64,000 nt of DNA from an uncultured Alphaproteobacteria bacterium. Its GTDB lineage: Bacteria; Pseudomonadota; Alphaproteobacteria; HIMB59; GCA-002718135. The position numbers were made by a program, and so were the translations under genes. Location of the stretch: positions 64,308-128,307 of the forward strand of contig CACFOQ010000001.1 in NCBI GenBank assembly GCA_902567855.1, in the 5' to 3' direction. Below are positions 32,828 to 41,647 of the stretch, in pieces. Within the stretch, counting starts at the first letter, position 1; each line of letters opens with the position of its first letter. The notes beneath the pieces were generated by a model, which saw only the letters and a program-made list of their open reading frames with translations, did not search any database and was not told the DNA's origin.

Positions 32828-34015
32828 TTATTTTGTTATTATAAAATGTGATACATCAGTTGTTCCTTCTGTAAACCCAACTTCACAATAAGAAAAATAA
32901 TATTCCCACATTTTTTTAAATTTATCTTTAAATCCTTGAGAAGCTATTTGAGGCCACGAATTTTGAAATTTATTATTCCAAATATTTAAAGTTTTAACAT
33001 AAGAGTTACTAAAATTTTGTATTTCATTGATATTTAATCCTAATTGAAAATTAATATCTTTTAATTGTTTCTTTGAAGGAAGAACTCCTCCAGGAAAAAT
33101 ATATTGTTGAATAAAATCAGGATTATTTTGATAAAATTCTGCTTTTTCATCTTTAATTGTAATAATTTGAAGTGCTGCAGAACCTTCTTCACTAAGAGAT
33201 TCTTTAAGAATATTAAAAAAAACTTTCCAATATTTTTTTCCAACTGCCTCAAACATCTCTATTGAGGCTATATTAGTATATTTTTTATCAATATCTCTGT
33301 AGTCTCTCATTTCAACGTTAACTTTTTCATTTAAACCTTCATTAAAAATTTTTTTTGAAGTAAATTCAAATTGCTCTTTAGAAATTGTAATTGCATTTAC
33401 TGTAGACCCATACTCTTTAGCAATATATGATGAAAATCCTCCCCATCCACATCCAATCTCTAGTACATTAGAATTTTCATTTAGATTAAGATTGTTTGCA
33501 ATTTGTTTATATTTATTTTTTTGAGCTATATGTAAATCTTTAATGGAATTAGTAAATATACCTGAAGAATAAGTCATAGATGGATCTAGCCATAGTTTAT
33601 AAAATTCATTACCTAAATCATAATGAAAGCTAATATTTTTTTTACTTCGTGACTTTGTATTCTCATTTAAACGATGTTTAACTTTTCTATATTTATTTAA
33701 TATTTCGGATAATAGACCTTTTTTTATAAAAAAACTTTGATTGTCATAAGCAAATAATAATAATTTAGATAAATTTTCACTAGTAAAATCTTTTTCCATA
33801 TAGGATTCAGCAAAACCTATTGATCCTTTTATCAATAATTTAGAAAAAACTTTATAATTATAAAGTTTTATTTCAGCTTCATAACCTTTTTGAGTTCCTT
33901 TATATAAAATTTTTTCATTGTCTGGATAAGAGACAATTAATGAACCTTTTTTTATCTTTTTAAAAAAATTATTAGAGATTTTTTTTAAAGATTTGTTGAA
34001 ATTTATTTCTAGCAT
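32828..34015 (-). CDS. Cyclopropane-fatty-acyl-phospholipid synthase-like SAM-dependent methyltransferase
   Basis: 395 aa with the SAM motif I 'VLEIGCGWGGF'. Size and layout are CFA/mycolic-acid-methyltransferase-like. Confidence 0.8.
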   Translation of the reverse strand: MLEINFNKSLKKISNNFFKKIKKGSLIVSYPDNEKILYKGTQKGYEAEIKLYNYKVFSKLLIKGSIGFAESYMEKDFTSENLSKLLLFAYDNQSFFIKKGLLSEILNKYRKVKHRLNENTKSRSKKNISFHYDLGNEFYKLWLDPSMTYSSGIFTNSIKDLHIAQKNKYKQIANNLNLNENSNVLEIGCGWGGFSSYIAKEYGSTVNAITISKEQFEFTSKKIFNEGLNEKVNVEMRDYRDIDKKYTNIASIEMFEAVGKKYWKVFFNILKESLSEEGSAALQIITIKDEKAEFYQNNPDFIQQYIFPGGVLPSKKQLKDINFQLGLNINEIQNFSNSYVKTLNIWNNKFQNSWPQIASQGFKDKFKKMWEYYFSYCEVGFTEGTTDVSHFIITK

Positions 34016-34020
34016 AAAGT

Positions 34021-34794
34021 TTATAGTTTTCCTTCATAAGTTATTGAGTCAATAATTTTTTTTTCTCTACTATAATATTTTCCACCTTTAATAAATATAA
34101 TTAATGCCTCATATAATATTGCAAAAATTATTTTAAAGGTAACTAGGGGATTGAAAATTAACTGTTTAATTAATGTAATTGAACTTAATGGAACTTTGTT
34201 GCCAAATTGTGAAGCTGTAAAAATTTTTTCATTTTTTTCGTTAAATAAATCTATAATAATAGATAATTTTTCATCAGAAATTGAATTGGTGAATTTATAA
34301 ACTCCCTTCATTTCAATAAACGGAGATACATAAAAAGATTTATTACATTGATGCTTGTATTCTTTTTTATTTTTTACTTCTTTACTTGCAAAAAAATAAG
34401 TATGTTGCTCATTAGAAGTATTTTTTACTTCATAAAAAATAGATATTAAATTTGCATCATTATAACAATAAATTACAGATAAAGGATTAAAAACATATCC
34501 TAGTATTCGGGGAAAACATAAAATTTTAATTTTTAAATTTTTATGATGAATTTCATGTTTTGTTAAAAAATTTTTAACAAATTCTTCTAATGTGCGTTTA
34601 TCTCTATATCCGTGATCTTCATCATAAAATGAAAATATATTAAATTTATTATAAGAAAAAATTTTTATTTTTTTTGAAATTTTTTTTATTTCATCATAGT
34701 CAAGACACATAGTCAATGATGCATATTGAAACTTGTGATTAAAAGGCTTTAAACGATTATGAATAATCTTTGTTAAATAAAATAATGAATTCAT
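34021..34794 (-). CDS. DUF1365-family protein
   Basis: 257 aa. Sandwiched between the FAD oxidoreductase and the CFA-synthase-like gene, which is the canonical context of DUF1365. 'HNRLKPFNHKFQY' near the N-terminus fits my recollection of the family. Confidence 0.6.
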   Translation of the reverse strand: MNSLFYLTKIIHNRLKPFNHKFQYASLTMCLDYDEIKKISKKIKIFSYNKFNIFSFYDEDHGYRDKRTLEEFVKNFLTKHEIHHKNLKIKILCFPRILGYVFNPLSVIYCYNDANLISIFYEVKNTSNEQHTYFFASKEVKNKKEYKHQCNKSFYVSPFIEMKGVYKFTNSISDEKLSIIIDLFNEKNEKIFTASQFGNKVPLSSITLIKQLIFNPLVTFKIIFAILYEALIIFIKGGKYYSREKKIIDSITYEGKL

Positions 34795-36083
34795 TAACTC
34801 TTAACTCGTGAAATAAAATTTTTGTTTCTCTTCCATGGTAAATCTACATCTAGATACTTACATAAATTAGCTGCTGACTGTATTCCATCTTCGTGAAAAC
34901 CATATCCAAAATAGCTACCACAAAAATAAGTATTTTTTTTACCCTGTATTTTATATAACTCCTTTTGAGCTTTCAAAGTTTCAAGTGAAAATATTGGATG
35001 CTCAAAAGAGGTTTGATCTATAACATTTTCAGGTAATTTTGCGGGATTTATAGTAACAAAATAATTTTTTTTACTTTGAAGATTTTGTAATTTATTCATC
35101 CAGTATGTTAGAGAAAAATTATCTGATTCACTTCTTTTTATAAAATTCCAACTTGACCAAGATAATTTTCTTTGAGGCATATGCTTTTCATCTGAATGCA
35201 AAACAGCTAAATTTTTACTATATTTAAAAATAGATAGTATATTTTTTTCTTCTACTGTCGGTTTATCAATTAATGATAATGCTTGATCAGCGTGAGTTGC
35301 TAATACCAATTTATCGAATTTGTATGTTTTATTATCACTTAATATTTCAATATTATCATTTTCTCTTTTTATTGTTTTTATCTTAAAATTAGTTTCATAG
35401 GTAAACATATTTTTATTTATTAATTCTTTTATATAACTAGAGCTACCATTTTTTATATACTTCCATTGAGGTCTTGAAATAATATTAAATAGTCCATGAT
35501 TTGAAAAAAACTCGATAAAAGATTTTAAAGGAAATTGCTTTGCTTTTTCACTATTAGAGGACCAAATAGACGATATCATTGGATATATATGGTAATCTCT
35601 AATAAATTTACTAAAATTATTTGTTGTTAAAAATTCTTCAATAGAAATATTGTCAATTAAATCTATTTTTAAATACAATTTTTTACAAATTCTATAAAGT
35701 TTTAATATTTCAAATATAAAAAAAATAAATTTTAAAGATAATATATTTTTTCTTTGAGAAAATAGTGAGTTGAGATTACTTCCGCCATATTCTATATTTT
35801 TATTTATGTTAGATACAGAAAAAGACATTTCAGAATTTTCAGAATTAACATTTAGATAATTTAGAAATGATGTGAAATCTTGATAATTTTTTTCATTGAA
35901 AACAATAAAGCCAGTATCAACTAATATTTTTTTCTTCTGCTCAAAAATGGAGACGGTTCTTGTATGTCCACCTAAAGTATTATTTTTTTCAAATAATGAA
36001 ACATTATATTTTTTTGATAAAAAAAAAGCAGCACTTAAACCAGATATTCCTGATCCTATAACTGCTAACCTTTTTTTTCCCAT
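34794..36083 (-). CDS. NAD(P)/FAD-binding amine-oxidase/phytoene-desaturase-like oxidoreductase
   Basis: 429 aa with the dinucleotide fold 'LAVIGSGISGLSAAFFL ... LFEKNNTLGGH'. 1-nt overlap with the DUF1365 gene. Confidence 0.75.
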   Translation of the reverse strand: MGKKRLAVIGSGISGLSAAFFLSKKYNVSLFEKNNTLGGHTRTVSIFEQKKKILVDTGFIVFNEKNYQDFTSFLNYLNVNSENSEMSFSVSNINKNIEYGGSNLNSLFSQRKNILSLKFIFFIFEILKLYRICKKLYLKIDLIDNISIEEFLTTNNFSKFIRDYHIYPMISSIWSSNSEKAKQFPLKSFIEFFSNHGLFNIISRPQWKYIKNGSSSYIKELINKNMFTYETNFKIKTIKRENDNIEILSDNKTYKFDKLVLATHADQALSLIDKPTVEEKNILSIFKYSKNLAVLHSDEKHMPQRKLSWSSWNFIKRSESDNFSLTYWMNKLQNLQSKKNYFVTINPAKLPENVIDQTSFEHPIFSLETLKAQKELYKIQGKKNTYFCGSYFGYGFHEDGIQSAANLCKYLDVDLPWKRNKNFISRVKS

Positions 36084-36131
36084 AAATTTTATTTAGGTAA
36101 AGTAAGATAAAAATAAAGATTTAAATTATCT

Positions 36132-36323
36132 TTATTTAGAATGAGGAGGCATTTTCTTTTCTACAAACCAAACATGTTTCTTTAAAACAGGATCATACTT
36201 CTTAACACGTAATTTTTCTGCCACTTTTAGGCCTTTTGTTGGTTTTCGTACAATATATTTAGTCCCTGTTTCAGGTTTTTCCTCAGGTAAAAGTTGTTTT
36301 AATGCGAAAGATTTCTTAGCCAT
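36132..36323 (-). CDS. rpmG: 50S ribosomal protein L33 (divergent, Cys-free)
   Basis: 63 aa. The C-terminal 'KLRVKKYDPVLKKHVWFVEKK' matches the L33 signature (K-[FY]-D-P-x(3)-[KR]-H-V-x-[FY]-x-E-x-K). The N-terminus is atypical. Confidence 0.65.
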   Translation of the reverse strand: MAKKSFALKQLLPEEKPETGTKYIVRKPTKGLKVAEKLRVKKYDPVLKKHVWFVEKKMPPHSK

Positions 36324-36363
36324 AAAGAGCGTATATATTAATATTTATTTAAATAAAGGATTT

Positions 36364-37299
36364 TTAATATAAATCACTCGGTGTATATTTAAGATAAGGG
36401 TTATATAATCCCTTAGATTTTGAAATTTGAATTTGTTTATTTCTTTCATTTAACGCTTTTTTCTTTTTAGCAGATATCTTTCCAAAACAATCGGGACAAG
36501 AAATGCCCTTAACGTATTTTGAGGAACTTTTGTCTTTTTTGCTTATTGGGTTTCTACAAGCATGACACAGTTCATACGTTCCTTGTTTTAATTTATGAAT
36601 TACTGTTACTCTATTATCAAATACAAAACATTCTCCAGTCCAGCTCGAATTTTTTTTTGGAATTTTTGATAAATAATCTATCACTCCACCTTTTAGTTGA
36701 TTAACATCCATAAAGCCTTTGTTTATCATATAAGATGATGCCTTTTCACATCTAATGCCACCAGTGCAAAATAATGCAATTTTTTTGTTTTTAAAATCTT
36801 TTAAATTTTTGTTAATAAATTTTTTAAATTCAGTAAAATTTTCAGTATTAGGATTAATTGAACCTTTAAAAGTTCCAACTTTGTATTCAAAATTATTTCT
36901 AACATCAATTAAAACAGTCTTTTCATTTTTAATTAAATCATCCCAATCCTGTGAGTTAATATGATTACCTTTTGTATTTTGAGGATCAGTTTTATTAGAT
37001 CTTAATGTTACTATTTCTTTTTTCATTCTTACCTTAAGTCTGAAAAATGGCATATATTTATAGTAAGAATATTTTGGCTGCAAATTATCAAAACCTTTGT
37101 TAATTAAAAAAGACTCTAATAATTTTATTTCGCTAGAAGTGCCAGCTACTGTTCCGTTAATACCTTCTTCAGCTAAAATGATAGTCCCACGAATTTTATT
37201 AAATTTGCACATATCTTTCAATGCAGTATGAAATTTTATAATATTTGTAATTTTTTTAAATTGATAAAAAGTAATAATAGTAAAAAGTAAATTATTCAT
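36364..37299 (-). CDS. trhO: Rhodanese-domain protein, UPF0176/TrhO family (tRNA U34 hydroxylase)
   Basis: 311 aa with the rhodanese active-site loop 'ALFCTGGIRCEKAS' and a C-terminal Cys-rich tail ('CHACRNP...CPDC'). Confidence 0.8.
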   Translation of the reverse strand: MNNLLFTIITFYQFKKITNIIKFHTALKDMCKFNKIRGTIILAEEGINGTVAGTSSEIKLLESFLINKGFDNLQPKYSYYKYMPFFRLKVRMKKEIVTLRSNKTDPQNTKGNHINSQDWDDLIKNEKTVLIDVRNNFEYKVGTFKGSINPNTENFTEFKKFINKNLKDFKNKKIALFCTGGIRCEKASSYMINKGFMDVNQLKGGVIDYLSKIPKKNSSWTGECFVFDNRVTVIHKLKQGTYELCHACRNPISKKDKSSSKYVKGISCPDCFGKISAKKKKALNERNKQIQISKSKGLYNPYLKYTPSDLY

Positions 37300-37339
37300 T
37301 TATTGCGTTCTATATAATAAGTTAATAAAAATAGCCATA

Positions 37340-38239
37340 ATGAGTAAAGAAAACATAGATTTAATAAAGAGATATTTAAACAACTATACTATTGAAACAA
37401 CTCCAAACGTTTACAAAAAATATATTAGTTTCTCAGGTATAGTAGATAAAAGTCATGCGATTTATATTACCTACCTTCCAGACGAAGATTCTAAAAATGT
37501 TATAGAAACTGCAAAAAAATTAATTCTTGAAGGTTACGATGTCATCCCTCACCTTCCATCTAGAACAATGGAAAGTAAGTCCGATTTAGAAAAATATATT
37601 GCAAATTTATCTGAAGAAAGTGGATGTAAAAAAATATTAGTAATTGGCGGTGGTGGAAAACAAAATGGAAACATCTCTAGTAGCTTAGAAGTTTTACAAA
37701 CAGAATATTTAGATAAATATAATTTTAATGAAGTTGGAGTAGCTGGACATCCAGAAGGTAGCCCAGATATAAGTGAAGAAGAATTAGAAAAAGCTATTAT
37801 AGAAAAAAATAAATTTTCAGTTAATGCTGATTTTAAAATGTATTTAGCAACTCAATTTTTCTTTGAAGCTGACTCTTTAATAAACTGGGAAAAAAAACTT
37901 AAATCTATTGGCAATTCTCTAGATATCCACGCTGGTATACCTGGCCCAGCTTCGCTTAAAACTTTAATAGCCTATGCTAAATCTTGTGGTATTGGAAATT
38001 CTATTCGTTTTTTATCAAAACAAGCTCTTAATATTACAAAGTTAGCTTCACCCAAAACACCTGATAAATTAATCTATGATTTAGCAGAGTATAATCATGC
38101 TAATAAAAATACTTGTTTAAAAAAGTTACATTTCTATCCTTTTGGAGGAATTAACAAAACATCTGAATGGCTTGATTCATTAAAAAAATCTGAATTTATC
38201 TATAATTCAAACAATGAATTTGAAATTATTGATAATTAA
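37340..38239 (+). CDS. metF: Methylenetetrahydrofolate reductase family protein (MetF-like)
   Basis: 299 aa TIM-barrel-sized protein. Contains 'VAGHPEGSPD' and 'ATQFFFE', typical of MTHFR. Lies directly upstream of fhs. Confidence 0.7.
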   Translation: MSKENIDLIKRYLNNYTIETTPNVYKKYISFSGIVDKSHAIYITYLPDEDSKNVIETAKKLILEGYDVIPHLPSRTMESKSDLEKYIANLSEESGCKKILVIGGGGKQNGNISSSLEVLQTEYLDKYNFNEVGVAGHPEGSPDISEEELEKAIIEKNKFSVNADFKMYLATQFFFEADSLINWEKKLKSIGNSLDIHAGIPGPASLKTLIAYAKSCGIGNSIRFLSKQALNITKLASPKTPDKLIYDLAEYNHANKNTCLKKLHFYPFGGINKTSEWLDSLKKSEFIYNSNNEFEIIDN

Positions 38240-38332
38240 TTAACATATTTTATGTTTTTTTATTTCTTATATTGAAATAACAATTTATAAAACTCTGGAT
38301 TTCAAATATAAAAAAAATTTTAAAATTGAATA

Positions 38333-39994
38333 ATGTCAGACATAGAAATTGCACGTAAAGCTAAAAAGCAACATATAAAAGATGTTGCTGGTAAATTAGA
38401 TTTAAAAGAAACCGACCTTCGTCCTTATGGTCATCATATAGCCAAAATAGATATGGATGCTATTAATAAGCTTCCACAAAAAAATTCAAAATTAATTTTA
38501 GTAACTGCAATTTCACCTACTCCTGCAGGAGAAGGTAAAACTACAACTTCTGTAGGTTTGCATGATGGTTTATGTAAAATTGGAAAAAAAAGCATAGTAT
38601 GTTTAAGAGAGCCTAGTCTTGGTCCAAGTTTTGGAATGAAAGGTGGCGCAGCAGGTGGAGGATATGCTCAGGTCATTCCTATGGAACATATTAATCTTCA
38701 TTTTACGGGAGACTTTCATGCCATTACATCTGCTAATAATTTGTTGGCCTCTTTAATTGATAATCATATTTATTGGGGTAATAAATTAGAAATTGATACT
38801 AGAAGAGTAGTTTGGAAAAGGTGTGTTGATTTAAATGATAGAGCTTTAAGAGAGATAACAGTTAATCTTGGAGGTGTATCTAATGGCTTTCCAAGAACTG
38901 ACGGATTTAATATTACTGTAGCTTCTGAAGTTATGGCTATATTCTGTTTAGCAAATGATCTTAAAGATTTAGAGAGAAGATTAGGAAATATTACAGTAGC
39001 CTACACTCGAAGTAAAAAACCAATTTTTGCTAAAGATTTAAAAGCTGAAGGACCAATGACTGTATTGTTAAAACAAGCTTTGATGCCAAATTTAGTCCAA
39101 ACACTAGAAAATAATCCAGCTATAATTCATGGTGGTCCATTTGCAAATATTGCTCATGGATGCAACAGTGTTATAGCTACCAAAACAAGTCTCAAAATTG
39201 CAGATTATGTTGTTACTGAAGCTGGTTTTGGGGCTGATCTAGGAGCTGAAAAGTTTCTTGATATTAAATGTAGAAAAGCAGATTTAAAACCTGATGGTGT
39301 AGTTCTTGTTGCAACTATTAGAGCTTTAAAGATGCATGGGGGTGTTGAGAAAAGTGATTTAGGAAAAGAGAATGTTGAAGCTGTAAAATCTGGAATTTCT
39401 AATCTGAAAAGACATGTGGAAAATATAAAAAAATATGGCTTACCAGTTATTGTAGCAATAAATCATTTTGTAGCAGATACTGAAAATGAAATTAGAATAC
39501 TTCAAGAAGAATGTGAAAAAATACGTGTTGAAGCTGTCCCTTGTAAACATTGGTCTGATGGAGGAAATGGCACTGTTGATTTAGCTAAAAAAGTTGTTGA
39601 TCTAGTTGATCAAAAAAATTCTTTCAAATTTTTATACGAAGATAAAATCAGTTTATTAGATAAAATACAAAAAATTGCTAAAGAAATTTATGGTGCTGAT
39701 GAAATTATAGCTGATAATAAAATAAGATTACAACTAAAACAATTTGAAGAAAATGGTTATGGAGATTTTCCAATATGTATTGCTAAAACTCAATATAGCT
39801 TTTCTACTGACCCAACCCTTAAAGGAGCCCCTTCTGGACATAGTGTCCCAATAAGGGAGATTAGACTTTCAAGTGGGGCTGAGTTTATTGTTGTAATTTG
39901 TGGAGAAATAATGACTATGCCAGGTTTGCCAAGTATACCTGCGGCTGACTCAATAAAGCTCAATGACAAAGGAGAAATTGAAGGTCTTTTCTAA
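38333..39994 (+). CDS. fhs: Formate--tetrahydrofolate ligase
   Basis: 553 aa with the P-loop '[17 protein letters not shown]' and full-length conservation. Confidence 0.93.
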   Translation: MSDIEIARKAKKQHIKDVAGKLDLKETDLRPYGHHIAKIDMDAINKLPQKNSKLILVTAISPTPAGEGKTTTSVGLHDGLCKIGKKSIVCLREPSLGPSFGMKGGAAGGGYAQVIPMEHINLHFTGDFHAITSANNLLASLIDNHIYWGNKLEIDTRRVVWKRCVDLNDRALREITVNLGGVSNGFPRTDGFNITVASEVMAIFCLANDLKDLERRLGNITVAYTRSKKPIFAKDLKAEGPMTVLLKQALMPNLVQTLENNPAIIHGGPFANIAHGCNSVIATKTSLKIADYVVTEAGFGADLGAEKFLDIKCRKADLKPDGVVLVATIRALKMHGGVEKSDLGKENVEAVKSGISNLKRHVENIKKYGLPVIVAINHFVADTENEIRILQEECEKIRVEAVPCKHWSDGGNGTVDLAKKVVDLVDQKNSFKFLYEDKISLLDKIQKIAKEIYGADEIIADNKIRLQLKQFEENGYGDFPICIAKTQYSFSTDPTLKGAPSGHSVPIREIRLSSGAEFIVVICGEIMTMPGLPSIPAADSIKLNDKGEIEGLF

Positions 39995-40025
39995 AACTAA
40001 TATATATTTTTTAAATCAATAAATA

Positions 40026-41288
40026 ATGCATACTAAACCAAAAAAATATTCAGTTTTCTCTTTAGTTAAAAACGCTCTTTCATATCATGAAAACTGGCAA
40101 CCTGCCTGGAGATCTCCAGAGCCAAAAAAAGAATATGATGCTATAATTGTTGGGGGTGGCGGTCATGGTCTTACCACTGCTTATTATCTTGCTAAAAATC
40201 ATGGATTAACAAATATAGCCGTTATTGAAAAAGGTTGGATAGGAGGAGGAAATACTGGGAGAAATACTACAATAATTAGATCGAATTATTTATGGGACCA
40301 AAGCGCTGCTCTTTATGAACATGCCTTAAAATTATGGGAAGGTATGTCTCAGGAATTAAATTATAATGTCATGTTTTCACAAAGAGGAGTGATGAATGTT
40401 GCACACACACTGCATGATGTTAGAGAACTCAAAAGAAGATGGCACGCAAATCGCTTAAATGACATTGATTGTGAGTGGTTAAATACTAGTAAAGTTAAAG
40501 AGTTTTGCCCAATCATCAATACATCTCCTTATATAAGATATCCTGTTCTGGGAGCAACTCTTCAAAGAAGAGCTGGCACAGCTAGGCACGATGCAGTTGC
40601 ATGGGGATATGCTAGAGGGGCTGATGCAATGGGAGTAGATATAATTCAAAACTGTGAGGTAACTAATATTAATATATCTAATGGCCAAGTAACAGGTATA
40701 GAAACGACAAAGGGAACAATAAATTCAAAAAAAATTGGAATAGTAGCTGCAGGACATTCTAGTGTGATTGCAAATATGGTTGGCATCAGACTTCCTCTTG
40801 AAAGCAGACCACTACAAGCTTTAGTTTCAGAACCTGTAAAACCAATTATTGATACTGTGGTAATGTCCAATACAATTCACGCTTATGTTTCTCAATCTGA
40901 TAAAGGTGAATTAGTAATTGGTGCAGGAACAGATGGTTATACTTCTTATTCTCAAAGAGGTGGTTTTAATATTGTTGAAGACACTATCTCAGCAGTTGTG
41001 GAATTATTTCCACTTTTTTCAAGAATGAAAATGTTAAGACACTGGGGAGGTATTGTTGATATATGCCCTGATGCAAGTCCAATAGTAAGTAAAACTCATA
41101 TTAATGGACTATATTTTAATTGTGGTTGGGGAACAGGAGGTTTTAAAGCTACTCCTGGATCAGGCTGGGTATTTGCCCATACAATAGCTAATGATGAGCC
41201 TCATGAACTTAATGCGCCTTTTACTATTAATCGTTTTTCAAGTGGTGAATTAGTAGATGAACATGGTGCTGCTGCCGTAGCTCATTAA
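40026..41288 (+). CDS. soxB: Heterotetrameric sarcosine oxidase, beta subunit
   Basis: 420 aa with the FAD fold '[19 protein letters not shown]'. Followed by delta, alpha and gamma subunit genes in the canonical order. Confidence 0.9.
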   Translation: MHTKPKKYSVFSLVKNALSYHENWQPAWRSPEPKKEYDAIIVGGGGHGLTTAYYLAKNHGLTNIAVIEKGWIGGGNTGRNTTIIRSNYLWDQSAALYEHALKLWEGMSQELNYNVMFSQRGVMNVAHTLHDVRELKRRWHANRLNDIDCEWLNTSKVKEFCPIINTSPYIRYPVLGATLQRRAGTARHDAVAWGYARGADAMGVDIIQNCEVTNINISNGQVTGIETTKGTINSKKIGIVAAGHSSVIANMVGIRLPLESRPLQALVSEPVKPIIDTVVMSNTIHAYVSQSDKGELVIGAGTDGYTSYSQRGGFNIVEDTISAVVELFPLFSRMKMLRHWGGIVDICPDASPIVSKTHINGLYFNCGWGTGGFKATPGSGWVFAHTIANDEPHELNAPFTINRFSSGELVDEHGAAAVAH

Positions 41289-41292
41289 ATTT

Positions 41293-41646
41293 ATGTTTTT
41301 AATTAATTGTCCTTATTGTGGAGAGAGAGAACAGGTTGAATTTAGCTGTGGAGGAGAGGCTCATATAGAACGCCCAAAAAATCCATCCGATTTAACTGAT
41401 GATCAATGGGCAGATTATCTTTTTATGCGTAAAAATATAAAGGGTGTACAATTTGAAAGATGGAATCATATAAATGGATGTCGAAGATGGTTTAATGTTG
41501 CAAGAAATACTGCGACAGATGAAATATTAAAAGTATACAATATTGGAGAAAGTTCTCCTAATATAAGCGGCAATAATCCCGCAACACCTTCGGGGGAACC
41601 GGTGATTGGCTCTGGCAATTCTTCATCTTCTTTTGAGAAAAAATAA
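41293..41646 (+). CDS. soxD: Sarcosine oxidase, delta subunit
   Basis: 117 aa with the zinc-ribbon ligands 'CPYCGE' and 'HINGCRRWFN'. Has a low-complexity Ser/Gly/Asn C-terminal tail. Confidence 0.85.
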   Translation: MFLINCPYCGEREQVEFSCGGEAHIERPKNPSDLTDDQWADYLFMRKNIKGVQFERWNHINGCRRWFNVARNTATDEILKVYNIGESSPNISGNNPATPSGEPVIGSGNSSSSFEKK

Positions 41647-41647
41647 T

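Noticed and set aside
31792-36323. Both L31 (31792-32019) and L33 (36132-36323) lack all Zn-binding cysteines, which could be a zinc-sparing adaptation.
   Set aside because: Cys-free L31 and L33 are, as far as I recall, the normal state in many Alphaproteobacteria. Without the rest of the genome (paralogs, Zur regulon) this is lineage-typical rather than notable.
41606-41647. ORF-track start of soxA at 41606, which would overlap soxD by 41 nt.
   Set aside because: The extra 14 residues (MALAILHLLLRKNN) are read from the soxD tail in another frame. The ATG at 41648 lies 1 nt after the soxD stop and gives the usual SoxA N-terminus (MSKKISFTFDGKK...).
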